NCBI RefSeq assembly: GCF_009914755.1
Contig: NC_060928.1
DNA length: 64,000 nucleotides
Reading direction: 5' to 3' (one strand)
From: the human T2T-CHM13v2.0 reference genome, Homo sapiens
Below the pieces are notes generated by a model. It saw only the letters and a program-made list of their open reading frames with translations, had not been told where the DNA came from and did no database searches. The position numbers and the translations under genes were made by a program. Of the stretch, positions 41,829 through 54,461 are shown in pieces (the first letter of the stretch is position 1; each line of letters starts with the position of its first letter).

Positions 41829-43568
41829 CTGGCAGGAAACAGGCTGCAGCAGACCACATTCCCCGGTGTTCTGAGCGTAGAATTTATGCCCTTGCCTGAG
41901 TATGCCAATCTGGTCCATAATTAATGTTTAAAAGAGGTGGGCGAATGGGATCTTTGTTTCCCTTTTGAAGAGAGATGATATAATGACTTTTTTGTTGCCA
42001 TTGACCTCTTTTTCCCAGAACATTAATCTAAAGAAGAGGCCAAAGAAGGCTGATGATTTTTCATATCTTCACAGAATGGATTGATTTTATTAAAAGAATT
42101 CCTCTCTGAAATGTCTGCAGCTGTGAAGGCTCTGGTTTACGTTTCTGTAACATCTGTTTGCTGAGTCAACCTGAATGGGAAAACCCAGAGGAAGGCCATT
42201 TGGCGTTTTTACAAAGTCCTGTATAAATATTCTGCTGCAGTTCATTTCTCTTTAGGGTTAGAGCGCTTGGGTTAAGTGTAGTTTAAGCCAAACACAGATA
42301 GTGTCTCAGTCATCTGTTCCCACTTTTACTTCCCACTTGGCTGTGTGCTACAAGGGAAGACACTTTGTCTTCTCATGACAGTGGCCAGGTGTGTATGTGT
42401 GCGTGCTTGTGTGTGTGTTCTGCCACCAAAGCTGATTTCATACATTTCTTAGAATTGAGGTTATTTATAGAGAAAATACAGATTTATGTCAGTCTCTGTG
42501 GTTGAAGTGTTTGTAAGGGTGGAATGGTGAAGGGAGCTGGATTTTCTCCTCTTCTCAGTAAAAGAGACCTCATAGTAATGGAAGAAAGCCTGGTTGGCAG
42601 TGAGTTTCCTCTTAAATACTGGAATGATTAGGGGGAAAGCCTCAGCTCTAGCCTCTGCCATCCTTGGTGATGTGATTCAGGATCTGTTGAATGAGTTGAA
42701 TTCAACTTCTCAGTTGGCTTGAAGCCGCTGGATTCTACAGCTCTGTGCAGCCCCTGGCATGCCCCGGTGATCACTTGGCTTCACACAATGCAGTGCTGCT
42801 TTTCAGGGACTGGCTTCAGTCACCATGAGGAACCACCTTCTAGGGATTTGCTCAGCAAGATCAGTGGAGGAGGAGTTAATCACTTTGCTCCTGCTAGACC
42901 AGAGGCTTGTTGTCTGGATCAAAGGCACTAAATTGTGGCCCTGTTTAGGCAGTGAGAGGGGAAGTGTTCTTCTGCATAGGTTGCTGATACCTGGCCTCTA
43001 CGTTGACCTCCCTGTGACGCATGGGAAGGATCTTTCACGGTTCTCCTGCCTCTCTTCAGTGGCCAGGATCGGCGTGCACCGATCTCAGGGCTCAGAGCCC
43101 TCCATGCATCTGGTGAAGCTTCTTCGCAAGTGTGAAGACCTTTCCCTACCTTTCCTGTGCTGGATTCCTCTTGTCTCCTATTTTTTGGGGTTTTTATTCA
43201 GTTTCTCCTTCGTGCTGCTTCAAGGAAGTGCACTGTTCATTTTCTCACTCGTGTTGGGACTCTTCCTGGCTGGGGAGTCAGGATTTATGTTCAAACTGTG
43301 AGTAGTAGTCATTCTTCCCAAGGAGGTTCTTATTCAGGTTTGCACCAAAAGAGCTCAAATCTGTAAGAAAACCCAAGTTAATGCCTGAAAGTGGACTTTG
43401 CATATTGAGTACAGATTCTTTTGAATATGATCCTAGTGCCACACCTCCTTTCTCTACACATGTCATTTGTGTAATCATGTCTGCTCCAAGATGGGATTTG
43501 GATGCAGTTACTTTTCTGAGGAAGTTAGGGTTTGGTTGATTAAACCTTTCATTTGAAGAGGGCCCTTA

Positions 43569-43708
<140 letters not shown>

Positions 43709-43902
43709 TTCCAAGCCTTACCTCTTTTAAAACATGACAGGATCTTGCAGGGTTAATCCACGTACAACTTTCCTGTCATGGCACATGCTTGAAGCATGGC
43801 TCTTCTCTGTGCATGTGTACATGGGGTGCCTAGCACTGCAGGCCTTCTGCCATCATTGCTCTATAATGGTCTATTCTCATGTTCTTTGTGTGTTCTTGAC
43901 AG

Positions 43903-44424
43903 TGCTCTGTGAAGAACTGCCGCACAGCCTTCCATGTGACCTGTGCTTTTGACCGGGGCCTGGAGATGAAGACCATCTTAGCAGAGAATGATGAAGTCAA
44001 GTTCAAGTCCTATTGCCCAAAGCACAGCTCACATAGGAAACCCGAGGAGAGTCTTGGCAAGGGGGCTGCACAGGAGAATGGGGCCCCTGAGTGTTCCCCC
44101 CGGAATCCGCTGGAGCCCTTTGCCAGCCTTGAGCAGAACCGGGAGGAGGCCCACCGGGTGAGTGTCCGTAAGCAGAAGCTGCAGCAGTTGGAGGATGAGT
44201 TCTACACCTTCGTCAACCTGCTGGATGTTGCCAGGGCTCTGCGGCTGCCTGAGGAAGTAGTGGATTTCCTGTACCAGTACTGGAAGTTGAAGAGGAAGGT
44301 CAACTTCAACAAGCCCCTGATCACCCCAAAGAAAGATGAAGAGGACAATCTAGCCAAGCGGGAGCAGGATGTCTTATTTAGGAGGCTGCAGCTGTTCACG
44401 CACCTGCGGCAGGACCTGGAGAGG
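43903..44424 (+). CDS. JADE1: JADE1 coding exon 8 as used in the long isoform, [16 protein letters not shown]...[11 protein letters not shown] (PHD2 and start of the ING/MEAF6-binding region)
   Basis: Acceptor tgtgttcttgacag|TG; donor AGG|gtaatg at 44424/44425; matches ORF 43909..44451. Confidence 0.97.
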
Positions 44425-44451
44425 GTAATGATTGACACTGACACCTTATAG
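44425..44451 (+). CDS. JADE1: JADE1S-specific C-terminus VMIDTDTL* (read-through of the donor; 509-aa short isoform)
   Basis: Frame continues 8 codons past the donor to TAG 44449-44451; 501+8 = 509 aa, the known short isoform length. Confidence 0.93.
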
Positions 44452-45093
44452 TGACTTAGAGAAGAAGATGCAAAGAGGCGAACGCTCGCCCAGAGCAAGA
44501 AATGATAGCCAGTCATATACTCTCAGACCCTTGTACACACCACAGCATGAGGTTGTGTTGGTTAAAAATATTTATGGGCTGGTAAACTCATTGTACATAT
44601 GTGCAAAACTGCTACTGAGTGGGGAGCTTCTTTGTGGTTTTTTTTTTTTTAAAAACACTTTCCCATTAATCTTTACTGTTTTGTAAGATCAAATGGGGTG
44701 TGTCTTCCCCACCCCCATTCCTTCATTCTAGAGCTAGAGTGAATGAGCCCCAAGAAAATGACCCAAGGAGTTGACTCAGGATGGTTTACAGACTGATTTA
44801 GAAAACCAGAACGGATTTCATTTCTAATGGAGGGGGCCAGAGATGGGAAAATTTCTTGTTCAGTCCGGGGAAACACACCTAGGTGCTGGTGATGGGCTTA
44901 TGAAGGAAGCTAAGCACGGCTGCTCACTGGCCCCCACTTTGTTTCTTGGGTAATTCACAGGGGAATTCCCAGTACTGTCATGGAGCAGAGCAGGCAGTGG
45001 GTGCTGATGTGTGTGCATGAGCTGTATGTACACATGCATATATCTGTTACAGAAGATACTCCTGGCAGTGAGGTGCTAAGTCATCACTGAGGC

Positions 45094-45120
45094 TGTGTGT
45101 GTGTGTGTGTGTGCGCGTGC
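45094..45120. repeat. (TG)10 microsatellite followed by CGCGTGC in the JADE1S 3' UTR
   Basis: Seen directly. Confidence 0.9.
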
Positions 45121-45862
45121 CCGTGTCCATCCATGTCTCTGTTGTGTGTCTGTGTGCGGGTATGGGTGGGATTCCTGGTGGACAGGGGTGTCAGATCTGT
45201 CTGAGGAGCCCCAGTCATGCTCAGCACGCTACAGATGTGTTGTTTGTCACACTGAGATTGCTGAATGTCGTGGCTGTTGGCTGCCGAGCCTCAGCTGCTG
45301 GCATTTCCTTCTGCTGTTTGCTGCTTTTGTGCCTCCCCCACTTTCCATCACCTCTGGAGTCCCGTCTGGACGTCCCTTCCTGCTACAGGAATAATGAGGC
45401 GTGGGCTGCCTCCCGCTAGGGCCTCCTGCTCCCTGTAGGTAGTTTCTGGCTGAGGCTTGCTAATTGGGGATGCTTCTTAGAGCATCTTCCACATCAACTC
45501 CCCTGGCTGCTGGCTACCGATTAAATTCATTAGTGTGAAAGAGGTGGGAGTGAGGTTTTCTGGCCTGAAGCAGTCTGCACTGAAAGGTACCCAAGTGGCC
45601 TGAAACAGTGTAGGGAAAGACCTGGGAAACACTGGACCAAAAAAGCCTGATCTCATGGAGACCTGCATGGCCCTGTTAGAGATGGCGTAGAAGTGAAAGT
45701 CTTAAAGGGAGCATTAGAGATCCTTTTAATACACGACTGAGTGCCAGCTTATTTGTGATGCCCCTTCCCAGACCAGGTTAGGATTCCTGGGAAGGCCGCG
45801 GATTCCGGCCCTGGAAGAGGCAGGATCCTGGAGCAGTTTTGTGAGGCTTTTGTGCTCCCATA

Positions 45863-45875
45863 CGCCCCCTGGTGG
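45863..45875 (-). promoter_or_regulatory. CTCF core motif
   Basis: Reverse complement reads CCACCAGGGGGCG(TA) versus consensus CCACCAGGGGGCGC; motif match only. Confidence 0.7.
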
Positions 45876-46103
45876 TGAGTGTAAAGAAGACTTTGCCTCT
45901 CACAACTACATGTATGTGTGGCATTTTTGTTAGAGATGAGAAAAGGATTGAGAAGGATAAACTGGAATCCTGGTAAGAAGCCTTTATGCCAGCCCGACAC
46001 CTGCTGTAATTGGGGTGCATGAGCTATGGAGTCAGATAGTTGTTGGGAGGGGGAGGACAAGAAGTCTATTGTTTGGACTGTGTTTGTCTCACAATCACCA
46101 CAA

Positions 46104-46109
46104 AATAAA
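46104..46109 (+). terminator. Intronic poly(A) signal for JADE1S (second candidate AATAAA at 46257-46262)
   Basis: AATAAA followed by GU/U-rich downstream element tgtggtgtactaactcttttctgt. Confidence 0.75.
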
Positions 46110-46332
46110 AGTGTAGAAAATGCTTGTGGTGTACTAACTCTTTTCTGTACTTAAGTTACTCAGATTAACATGCACTTCTAATTCTAAACATTTTTTTTGG
46201 AGTCATCACTGTCGCTGTTTAAGTAGAACAATGCCAACGATGTATGAGAAACAGGGAATAAATCAGGATTTGTGTGTGTATGTGTGTGGCATTACTTACA
46301 TTTACTTTATTAAAAAGCCTAAGGAACTTTAA

Positions 46333-46636
<304 letters not shown>

Positions 46637-47444
46637 TTAGACTCAGTTTAAAATGGGCTTATTGTAATGAAAAAAAATACGCTACCCAAAATTTGCCATG
46701 ATGCCTGTGATGGTGAAGGCATTAAACAATTGAAATCTTTGCCTTGCCCAGAGAGTTGCAGTTATTTGTAATTATAAACAGTAAGTGTATCAGGGCAGGG
46801 GTGACAATAAAAAACCAATCATTACTACCAACTTGTTTTCTCAAGTAAGTTAGTTTTCTGTTTAATTCACACAATATCAGTTTATAGCAGATCCTCAAAA
46901 ATCATTTAATACCTGTGACTACAATCAAGGCATATGATCATTCTCAGACTGACAAATAAGTAGCCATCATTAGAAATGCAGACAACTGAGTAATTATGGT
47001 GACTGCTCTTCCTTCAGACACACACCTCGGGGCATTGCATACCTGGGTACCAGTTCTGGATCTGGAAGTTAGGTGACAGGAGTAGATTTCAGGAGGGCTT
47101 GGGAGCACACAACTTTAAGAAGACACAGTTGCTGATGTGGTGGGTAGCCATGTCATTCCCAAGGCTGCCACTTCACTCTCATTCCTTTCCCCTAAAAGAT
47201 GCAGTAAATGTGAGTTCAGCAAATGAGTATTTATTCAGATAAAGACGTGCTACCACTGCACTCTGGCTAGCGTTATGGAAAGTGGCCAAGTCCTGGGGGC
47301 AGTCCTGTAGTCACTCAGTGGAATGGTCACCTTTGAAAATCTGGTAGTGGCTACAGTGTCCCCTGAACAAAAGGCACGTTCAACTTTAGTGCTGCAAACA
47401 GTTTTGGATTCAAGAAAACACTGAAACCACTTTTAGATGTCTTA

Positions 47445-47570
47445 GAGCAGTGTATCTCAGGGTGTTGTCCCTGACCCAGAAACTTAGGAATGCAGATTCA
47501 TGGGCCCCACCTCCAAAGGGTGGTTCTGTTTTGTGGGTACCCCATGTTTCTGTTTGGGAACACTGCTTTA
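47445..47570. mobile_element. MER5A-like hAT relic
   Basis: agcagtgtatctca...aatgcagattcatgggccccacc...tttgggaacactgct. Confidence 0.65.
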
Positions 47571-50054
47571 GGGGAAAGGGATGATCAGGTTTAAGGTGGT
47601 GTGAGAGTGCACCTGGAGATGGTTTAAATGTTTTTTAAGATACCTCCTTGCAGGCAGTTGGGAGAAGATAAAGCAGGGGAGGGAGCTTGGTGGAACGGGT
47701 GCAGGAAGAAGGGACAAGCTGGATGTGTTTTGAGGATGGGAGAGCATCAGTCCAGCTCTGCAGGTGGAGGTTGCTGAGCGTTGTCCTATAGGGAACTTTA
47801 TGCATAAGGGAAGTCAGGTTTAGAGTCCTCACTACTATAAAGTGGAGTTGGTCAGGGCTGATTTGTTCCGATTGAAAACCATGCCCTTTGCTTTTTGGGT
47901 TTACATTTAGATATTTCCCATCAGAGATCATGAGGAATAGCAGTGGGATTTTTCTATTTAGCAGCCATGGTGTGGTCAAAGCTACCAAAATTAAATTTGA
48001 ATAATATACAAAGTTCAAATTCCCTGGCTTCCCCGTTTTCCATTTTTAAGGATAATTTCAAGTAAGAGAGATGTAAGTATTTCTATTACATGTCTGATTT
48101 GAATATGAGAGCAACCTGTCTGCTCCTAAGATGTCAGGATTTGTTTCCATTTTTTATTTCCAGGAGTCAGATTCCTTGTTAATGTAAAAATGGTTCTGTT
48201 TCCTAGAAGTTTTGAATCTGCTATGGATCTAGGTCTGGCCCCTCGTTCTTGAGCTTCACTCTTAATTTCCCCTGGGTGGAACAATATCGAAGAGAGGAGG
48301 ATGTTAGCCACTTCCATTCCCAAGTTGGTGAGAATTTCTATAAAGGACACCTGCTTCTTGGATTGAGGGTGTGCAGCTGTCAGAGAAGGGAAGAAACTAC
48401 CTTAACTAGGCTGATTGACATCCATGTAATATTTACTATGAGACAGGGAGAGTGTTTTTATTCTCAATTCTTTAAATTTAAAATAAGACAGGAAATGTTA
48501 GTGACATAAGGGATTGTTAGAGAAAAAAAGATGGGAAGATCCGTAAAGTGAATTTGTTAGGGGCAGGAGAAGCCTGACTTGGCATTTTCCTGTTTAGGCC
48601 AGGAGATATTACCATAATGCAAATGTGAAAGCCTGTGTTCTGTCTCTCTTAATGCTTCATGTCCTCTTGCAAATGAGACTGCCTTCAGCACAGCTGGAAT
48701 TATTAGGGTTTAGTCTACACTTACGCTCTACACCAGAGTGCAAAATCTTTTGTGTCTTCACAAGGCTTGTTGATGCTTGTTGCTGTCCTCACTGCCAAAA
48801 GAAAAGGTTGGTGACCTTTGGACTTTTTCCACTTAAAGTAGGGTGATACTACTTTATTGAGTTTATGGGGAAAAAATTATAAAGGTGTCAGGGGAAGAGT
48901 TTGCTCATAATGGGATATTTTTAGGAAAGTGAAGGCATGCCTGTAGGAGCTAATGGGAAAGATGTGGTCAGATAAAGATGCTACCACTCCTGCCACTGAG
49001 ATTACTTAGGAGGTCTTGTCCACATATTCCTGAAGAAGGGTTTAATTGTGTATTTGGTGTGCTGTGTCTGACATCTGTGTTTGCAGGTCCGTGTAATCTA
49101 ATCAGGTTGACCAATAGAAGATTTTAGGACTGAAGGATTAGGGGAGTTTAGAGACTAATTCTTTAAGTTTTGTGTATTGAGTGATGACAGGTGGGGAACA
49201 AATCTAAATGTTGATTACTGAGCATAGGTTAGGGTTATGTGATCCAAAGCAGTCACACATCAGATAGGAAGTAGAGCCAACTCTTAGCACTGGGTCTTTT
49301 CAGTTACAAGCGAATCGGGAGAGGGCAATACCAGTTTTTCAAGTGATGATGCAGAGAACTGGACTGGAGATGTCTAACCAGCAAATCATTGGCAAAGCTG
49401 GAAATTTCCTAGGCATTCGCACACCTCATAGCAACACATAAGCTACCTGCTAACTCCAGGCCTTTCAGTGAGTTCAGTGTGCAGTTGACAAAGACATTTA
49501 CTAGGATTCTTGGTAACCATTTGGTCTTCCAGTGGGCCTGGTGCAGGGGGCTCCACTTTGATGACCCTTGGCCCCATGTTTACCCAGTTCAGCCTCAGAA
49601 GATAGTTGATAAAGTGCAGAAGTGGCTTCTGAACTGCTTTAAAGCCATTGGCCATCCAAGTAATAGAAGATATTGATGCAATAATTAGCAAAGTCGACTG
49701 GCAAGAGGTTGCAAGTTTTGACTTGGACACCAATGGCCTCTGTGCCGGGATGGGTTAGGTGTGATGGAGGAGGCAGGACTTTTGTAGGAGTTCTCTAGGT
49801 GTCCCTCCCACTCCTGTGGGTCCCTAACCCTCTTCGATGTTGCTTCTGCCTATGTTGAGGGCTATATGTGGAATCCTTCTTATCTGCCCAAAAGGAGATC
49901 AGAGATTGGATAAAATGTTTAAAGTACCTATTGATTTCAAGTATCTGTCAAGGCCCTAGTAGGAGTAATTTCTCTTAGGTAAAGAAATTTAAAAAGCACC
50001 AAAGTACTGTTATACTGTATTGCTTACTTAGAATCTTTATTCTCTACATTCTAG

Positions 50055-50172
50055 GTTCGGAACCTCACTTACATGGTGACCCGCAGGGAAAAGATTAAAC
50101 GGTCTGTGTGCAAAGTCCAGGAACAGATATTCAATCTTTACACTAAGCTTTTGGAGCAAGAAAGAGTTTCAG
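50055..50172 (+). CDS. JADE1: JADE1 coding exon 9 (long isoform only), [39 protein letters not shown]
   Basis: Acceptor ttattctctacattctag|GT; donor CAG|gtatgc; completes the conserved [11 protein letters not shown] motif of JADE/BRPF proteins. Confidence 0.95.
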
Positions 50173-50389
50173 GTATGCATTAAGCCCTGGTAGGTCAAAG
50201 TATAGGGCAGGGGTTTGTAAGCTTTAACACTGTTGAGGAAGAAATAATCATTTCTTAATTTTCTTATAGAAGAATTTAAGAAGCATAGACGTTCATATTT
50301 AAAGGAAGTCTTTAATTTGAGGCATCATGTTTAAGGGAAAAAGCTATGAATTTGCCCTCTATAAATATGGGTGGAATCCTGTGTTCTCT

Positions 50390-50540
50390 GCTTACTGAGC
50401 AAACACATGAAAGTCTTTTGAGTCTCCCTAATTTCTTCATGTGCAAAATGGAGATATCGCAAGCTACCTCTTGGAATTGAGAGACTAAAATGAAACAGTG
50501 ACTTATATATTACACAGTACTTGGTAAACACATCATGGGG
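50390..50540 (+). mobile_element. MIR fragment
   Basis: tttcttcatgtgcaaaatggagata...ctacctc...cacagtacttgg. Confidence 0.55.
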
Positions 50541-52699
50541 ATACCTAACAGGTTTATATTCAGCCTTGGGCTCTATCTGTAACATGGTAAATATGGTCAA
50601 TATATGTTAAGACTGTACTTAAGACACAGTCCATTTTTAGATAATGTTCACAGTAGATTTTTTTTGTGTAGATGGATTGTTGACTATTTCTGAGATTGAG
50701 CACCAAATATTTATTTAGTGTCTTCTATTTTATATTGCCCTGGGCTAGGCAAACAGAAAAAGAAAACTAGGGTATATACTTCCTCTACTCTGGACAACAC
50801 ATCAGTTACTTGGGAGATCAAGGGCAAAGATCAAGTTGGGCAGGTTGTTTAACCTCTCTGAGATTCCGTTGATCTTAAAGTTTGTTTTAGAATCAAGACC
50901 CCTTAAGTGCATTTGAGCCCTATATTCTGTGATCATAAGCCCCCAAAAGTAGGTAGTATAAGGATTTCAGAGAAGCAGAGCTGCTGAGTGTGGATCAGGC
51001 AGAATTAGGGACCCATGGAACAGGTAGGTCTTAGACTGGACTTCATTGGAAGATAGTCAGCCTCTCTCCTGCCTTGGACTGCCCTTTAAAGTTCTAGCTG
51101 CACCATTCTTGGTGCTTGCGTTGTGCAATCATAGTTGATTCACTCTTGTTTTTGTGCATTTGTGGCTTTTTGTCACTCCATCTAGATTATTATGGTGCAC
51201 AGAGAACAAAGAAGTTGTTATAACCTGTTGTGTTGAAATCCAAATTCTGGTTTATCTAACCAATTATGTGCGACTAGAGGGAGCTCGGTCATCTGAAGAA
51301 ATAAAAAAAGGTTTAGGGAGGTTTAAATAATGTTCTTGAAGTGTTACATAGTTTGAATGCAATAACTTGTTGATATCCTAGATATTTTCTTCCCAAGATT
51401 AAGTATTTTCCAGGTGAATCAAGTGTATATCATTAGCTGGAACTTGCAGTTTAATTGTTAAGATTTTAAAAATAAATTTTCTAAGTAGGGTGTCATATGT
51501 AAAAGTAGGTCGATTCAGATTCCCTAAGGTGAGCTCTCTCTTCATGATTCCTACCTGAATACAAATAAATGAGATCTGTTTAACTGCCTTGGAAGACTGT
51601 CTGGTGCAGATCACCGAGCCTACAGCAGCAAATGCTGAGCTGGGATCACTAATACAAGTTGTGCCTGTGGAGTTGTGCCATTGGAGGGCTTTCTGCAACT
51701 CTTAGGTCATTATGTAATGAGTGATTCCCTGTAAAAATAAGCCGTAAAGAGCATTTTCATCTGGTTTCATTTGAGTTATTTCTCATGGATATTGCAGGCA
51801 GGTTTTTGCATTTCATGGCTGAGGTTTTTACTGGGTGAGCGAATGATATTCTTAATAAGTCTGGGAGTTATTTTGTGGTAACAGAGCTGTAATGTAGATC
51901 TGCATTCAGAAGTCCTACTATTTCAGAAAAGGAAAACAAATCTTCCTTTCATTCTGATGTAAGAACCATAGGTATGATCAGTTGAAAACATTTATCTTCC
52001 TGTAGGATTCTGTTGAGTAATGCAGTTGAAACCCTTTAGGGTGCTTTTTTTCTTTTTCCAGTCCTAGGCTTCAGTCGTGTTCTTATTCATGCCTAAAGGC
52101 TGTCTCCTGCCTGAAGTAGAGCAGATGGTCATGATTTATATGTCATTTAGGGTCCATGGTTTAAACTCTGTGATTCTGAGAGTGGGTAGGGTCATTTGCT
52201 GAGAGTGTCCTCAGTGGCAACAGTGCTTATGGGGGGTGGGAGGGTCATGAGTTGGAGGCTCTTTAGAGACATGGATTACAGTCAAGGAGATAGAAATCAG
52301 AGTTCAGAAAATGTTAGCCTCTTCTTACCATTCTCTTTTCCTGTGGCAGGTGATTGAGTAAAAGAAATATATGCAGTGTGATGTGAAGGTTGATTCTAAT
52401 GATTGATTCTTGAGAAAGCAGCATTTCCAAACCAGCAGGTTGTAAAACACCTCCTGTGGTCATGACAGCTCTGTGTTCTGAGTCGCTAGCTATGTTTCAT
52501 TTGCTTGCAGTGTCTGTGTCTGGTGAGCACTAGGTTCTCATATGGCCTCCTGTCTCATAACCTGGGGGCTGAACCTTGTTTTCTTGGTGGCTCATATCTT
52601 ATGGGAGACAGAAAACATGAGAACTGCTCTTTCTAGATGATCTTGAGGCTGTTGTAGAATCATGGTCTTTATGACAAACACTAATGTGTTATGAATTCA

Positions 52700-52870
52700 C
52701 CTGCTAGGGGTAACAACTCATTAGTGGGTTGTGAGATGAATTCAGTGGGTCATGACCAGTATTAAAAACAAGTAAAGTATAATAGGAAATGTCAGAGTAC
52801 ATTATCAAATGATGAGGGTTAATATTATTTCGTGAAATGTGAACTCTTACTAGGTCATGCTGTGGAATTT
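52700..52870. mobile_element. Probable ancient hAT DNA-transposon fragment
   Basis: cattagtgggttgtgagatgaattcagtgggtcatgaccagt. Confidence 0.4.
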
Positions 52871-53553
52871 AGTCACTGTGATTTGCATCAAAAAATACGA
52901 AAAACATCAATTTAACTTACTTCAAGTTGAATGACAATTCAGTTGAATCCCACAAATGTATTTTGCACATAATAATAATGAACATTTTTGGAACGCTTAC
53001 TATGTGTCAAGAATTATTTCACACATTTCCTTTATTCATTCACATGTTTACATGTACTTGTCCTCGTAATAGCCCTGTGAGGGTACAGACACATAGAGAA
53101 ACTTACAAGCCCCGAGCCCTGCTTTTTGGGTCCTCTCAGTCTCGTACGGGAGGCAGAAGACTGGACCGTGGAGGAGCGCGGCGCAGGTGCTGCTCTGTAA
53201 CCAGGTAGAGGGAGCAGAGGCAGCCATCAGCCACCTGATGAGTTCTGCATGGAGTCCGCTCTGAAAATCAGATCAGTTATTTTGTTTGGAGGAGGTCTAG
53301 TTTTATGAAAAATTATGTGAGCTTCAGCTGTTTTAGAAAATGTGGCATATTGAGTCTGCAGATTGAATGGAGATTCTCAAGGCAGGTCATCTCTTCACTA
53401 TAAAAACCAAATTTGTACAAACTTGGTGGTGTAAGTGTTGTGTTGTTGGGTGGGGAGTTCACATCAATTGGGCCACACTAAGGGTGTAGAATTTTATTCT
53501 TTTGGATTTGCTTCTGCTGTAATTTTTCTTTATTTGTGGTTTTATGTTTATAG

Positions 53554-54461
53554 GTGTGCCTTCTTCCTGCTCCTCCTCCTCACTGGAAAACATGCTTTTG
53601 TTTAACAGTCCTTCTGTTGGCCCTGATGCTCCCAAGATAGAGGACTTGAAGTGGCATTCTGCATTCTTCAGAAAACAAATGGGTACTTCCTTGGTTCATT
53701 CGCTGAAAAAGCCCCATAAGCGAGATCCTTTGCAGAATAGCCCTGGAAGTGAAGGCAAAACCCTGCTGAAGCAGCCAGACCTGTGTGGTAGAAGGGAGGG
53801 GATGGTGGTCCCAGAGAGCTTTTTGGGTTTAGAAAAGACCTTTGCAGAAGCACGTCTCATATCAGCACAACAGAAAAATGGTGTGGTGATGCCAGACCAT
53901 GGGAAAAGAAGAGACAATCGTTTTCATTGTGATCTCATTAAAGGAGACTTAAAGGACAAATCTTTTAAACAGAGTCACAAGCCTCTCAGGTCCACAGATG
54001 TGTCCCAGAGGCATCTGGACAACACAAGAGCTGCCACCTCCCCTGGAGTGGGGCAGTCAGCACCTGGCACAAGGAAGGAGATAGTGCCCAAGTGCAATGG
54101 CTCCCTAATCAAAGTAAACTATAATCAGACTGCAGTCAAAGTGCCTACAACACCTGCCAGCCCAGTGAAAAACTGGGGAGGATTCCGGATTCCAAAGAAG
54201 GGGGAACGGCAGCAGCAGGGAGAGGCCCACGATGGGGCCTGCCACCAGCACTCAGACTACCCATATTTGGGCTTAGGCCGAGTTCCAGCCAAGGAAAGGG
54301 CAAAAAGCAAATTAAAATCCGACAATGAGAATGACGGGTATGTCCCCGATGTGGAAATGAGTGACTCAGAGAGTGAGGCATCAGAAAAGAAATGTATACA
54401 CACCAGCAGCACTATCAGCAGAAGGACAGACATTATCAGGAGAAGCATCTTGGCTTCTTGA
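53554..54461 (+). CDS. JADE1: JADE1 last coding exon (long isoform), (G)[15 protein letters not shown]...[13 protein letters not shown]
   Basis: Acceptor ttttatgtttatag|GT; 908 nt to TGA; matches ORF 53544..54461. Confidence 0.97.

Larger units (their letters stand above)
44452..46130 (+). other. JADE1: 3' UTR of JADE1S (intronic in JADE1L); 3' end approximate
   Basis: Runs from the short-isoform stop to AATAAA 46104-46109; Pumilio element TGTACATA at 44592-44599. Confidence 0.75.

Noticed and set aside
41168-41918. His/Thr-rich and Cys/Val-rich ORFs up to 214 aa
   Set aside because: Stop-free translation of the (TG/CA)n array, not a metal-binding protein
44449-44508. Programmed stop-codon read-through of JADE1S
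   Set aside because: Two consecutive stops (TAG TGA) make read-through implausible; kept only as a vestigial-tail or splicing-enhancer idea
44202-44516. Antisense ORFs over exons (also 28549-28813, 34298-34513, 53668-54466)
   Set aside because: Shadow frames of real coding sequence with no independent signals
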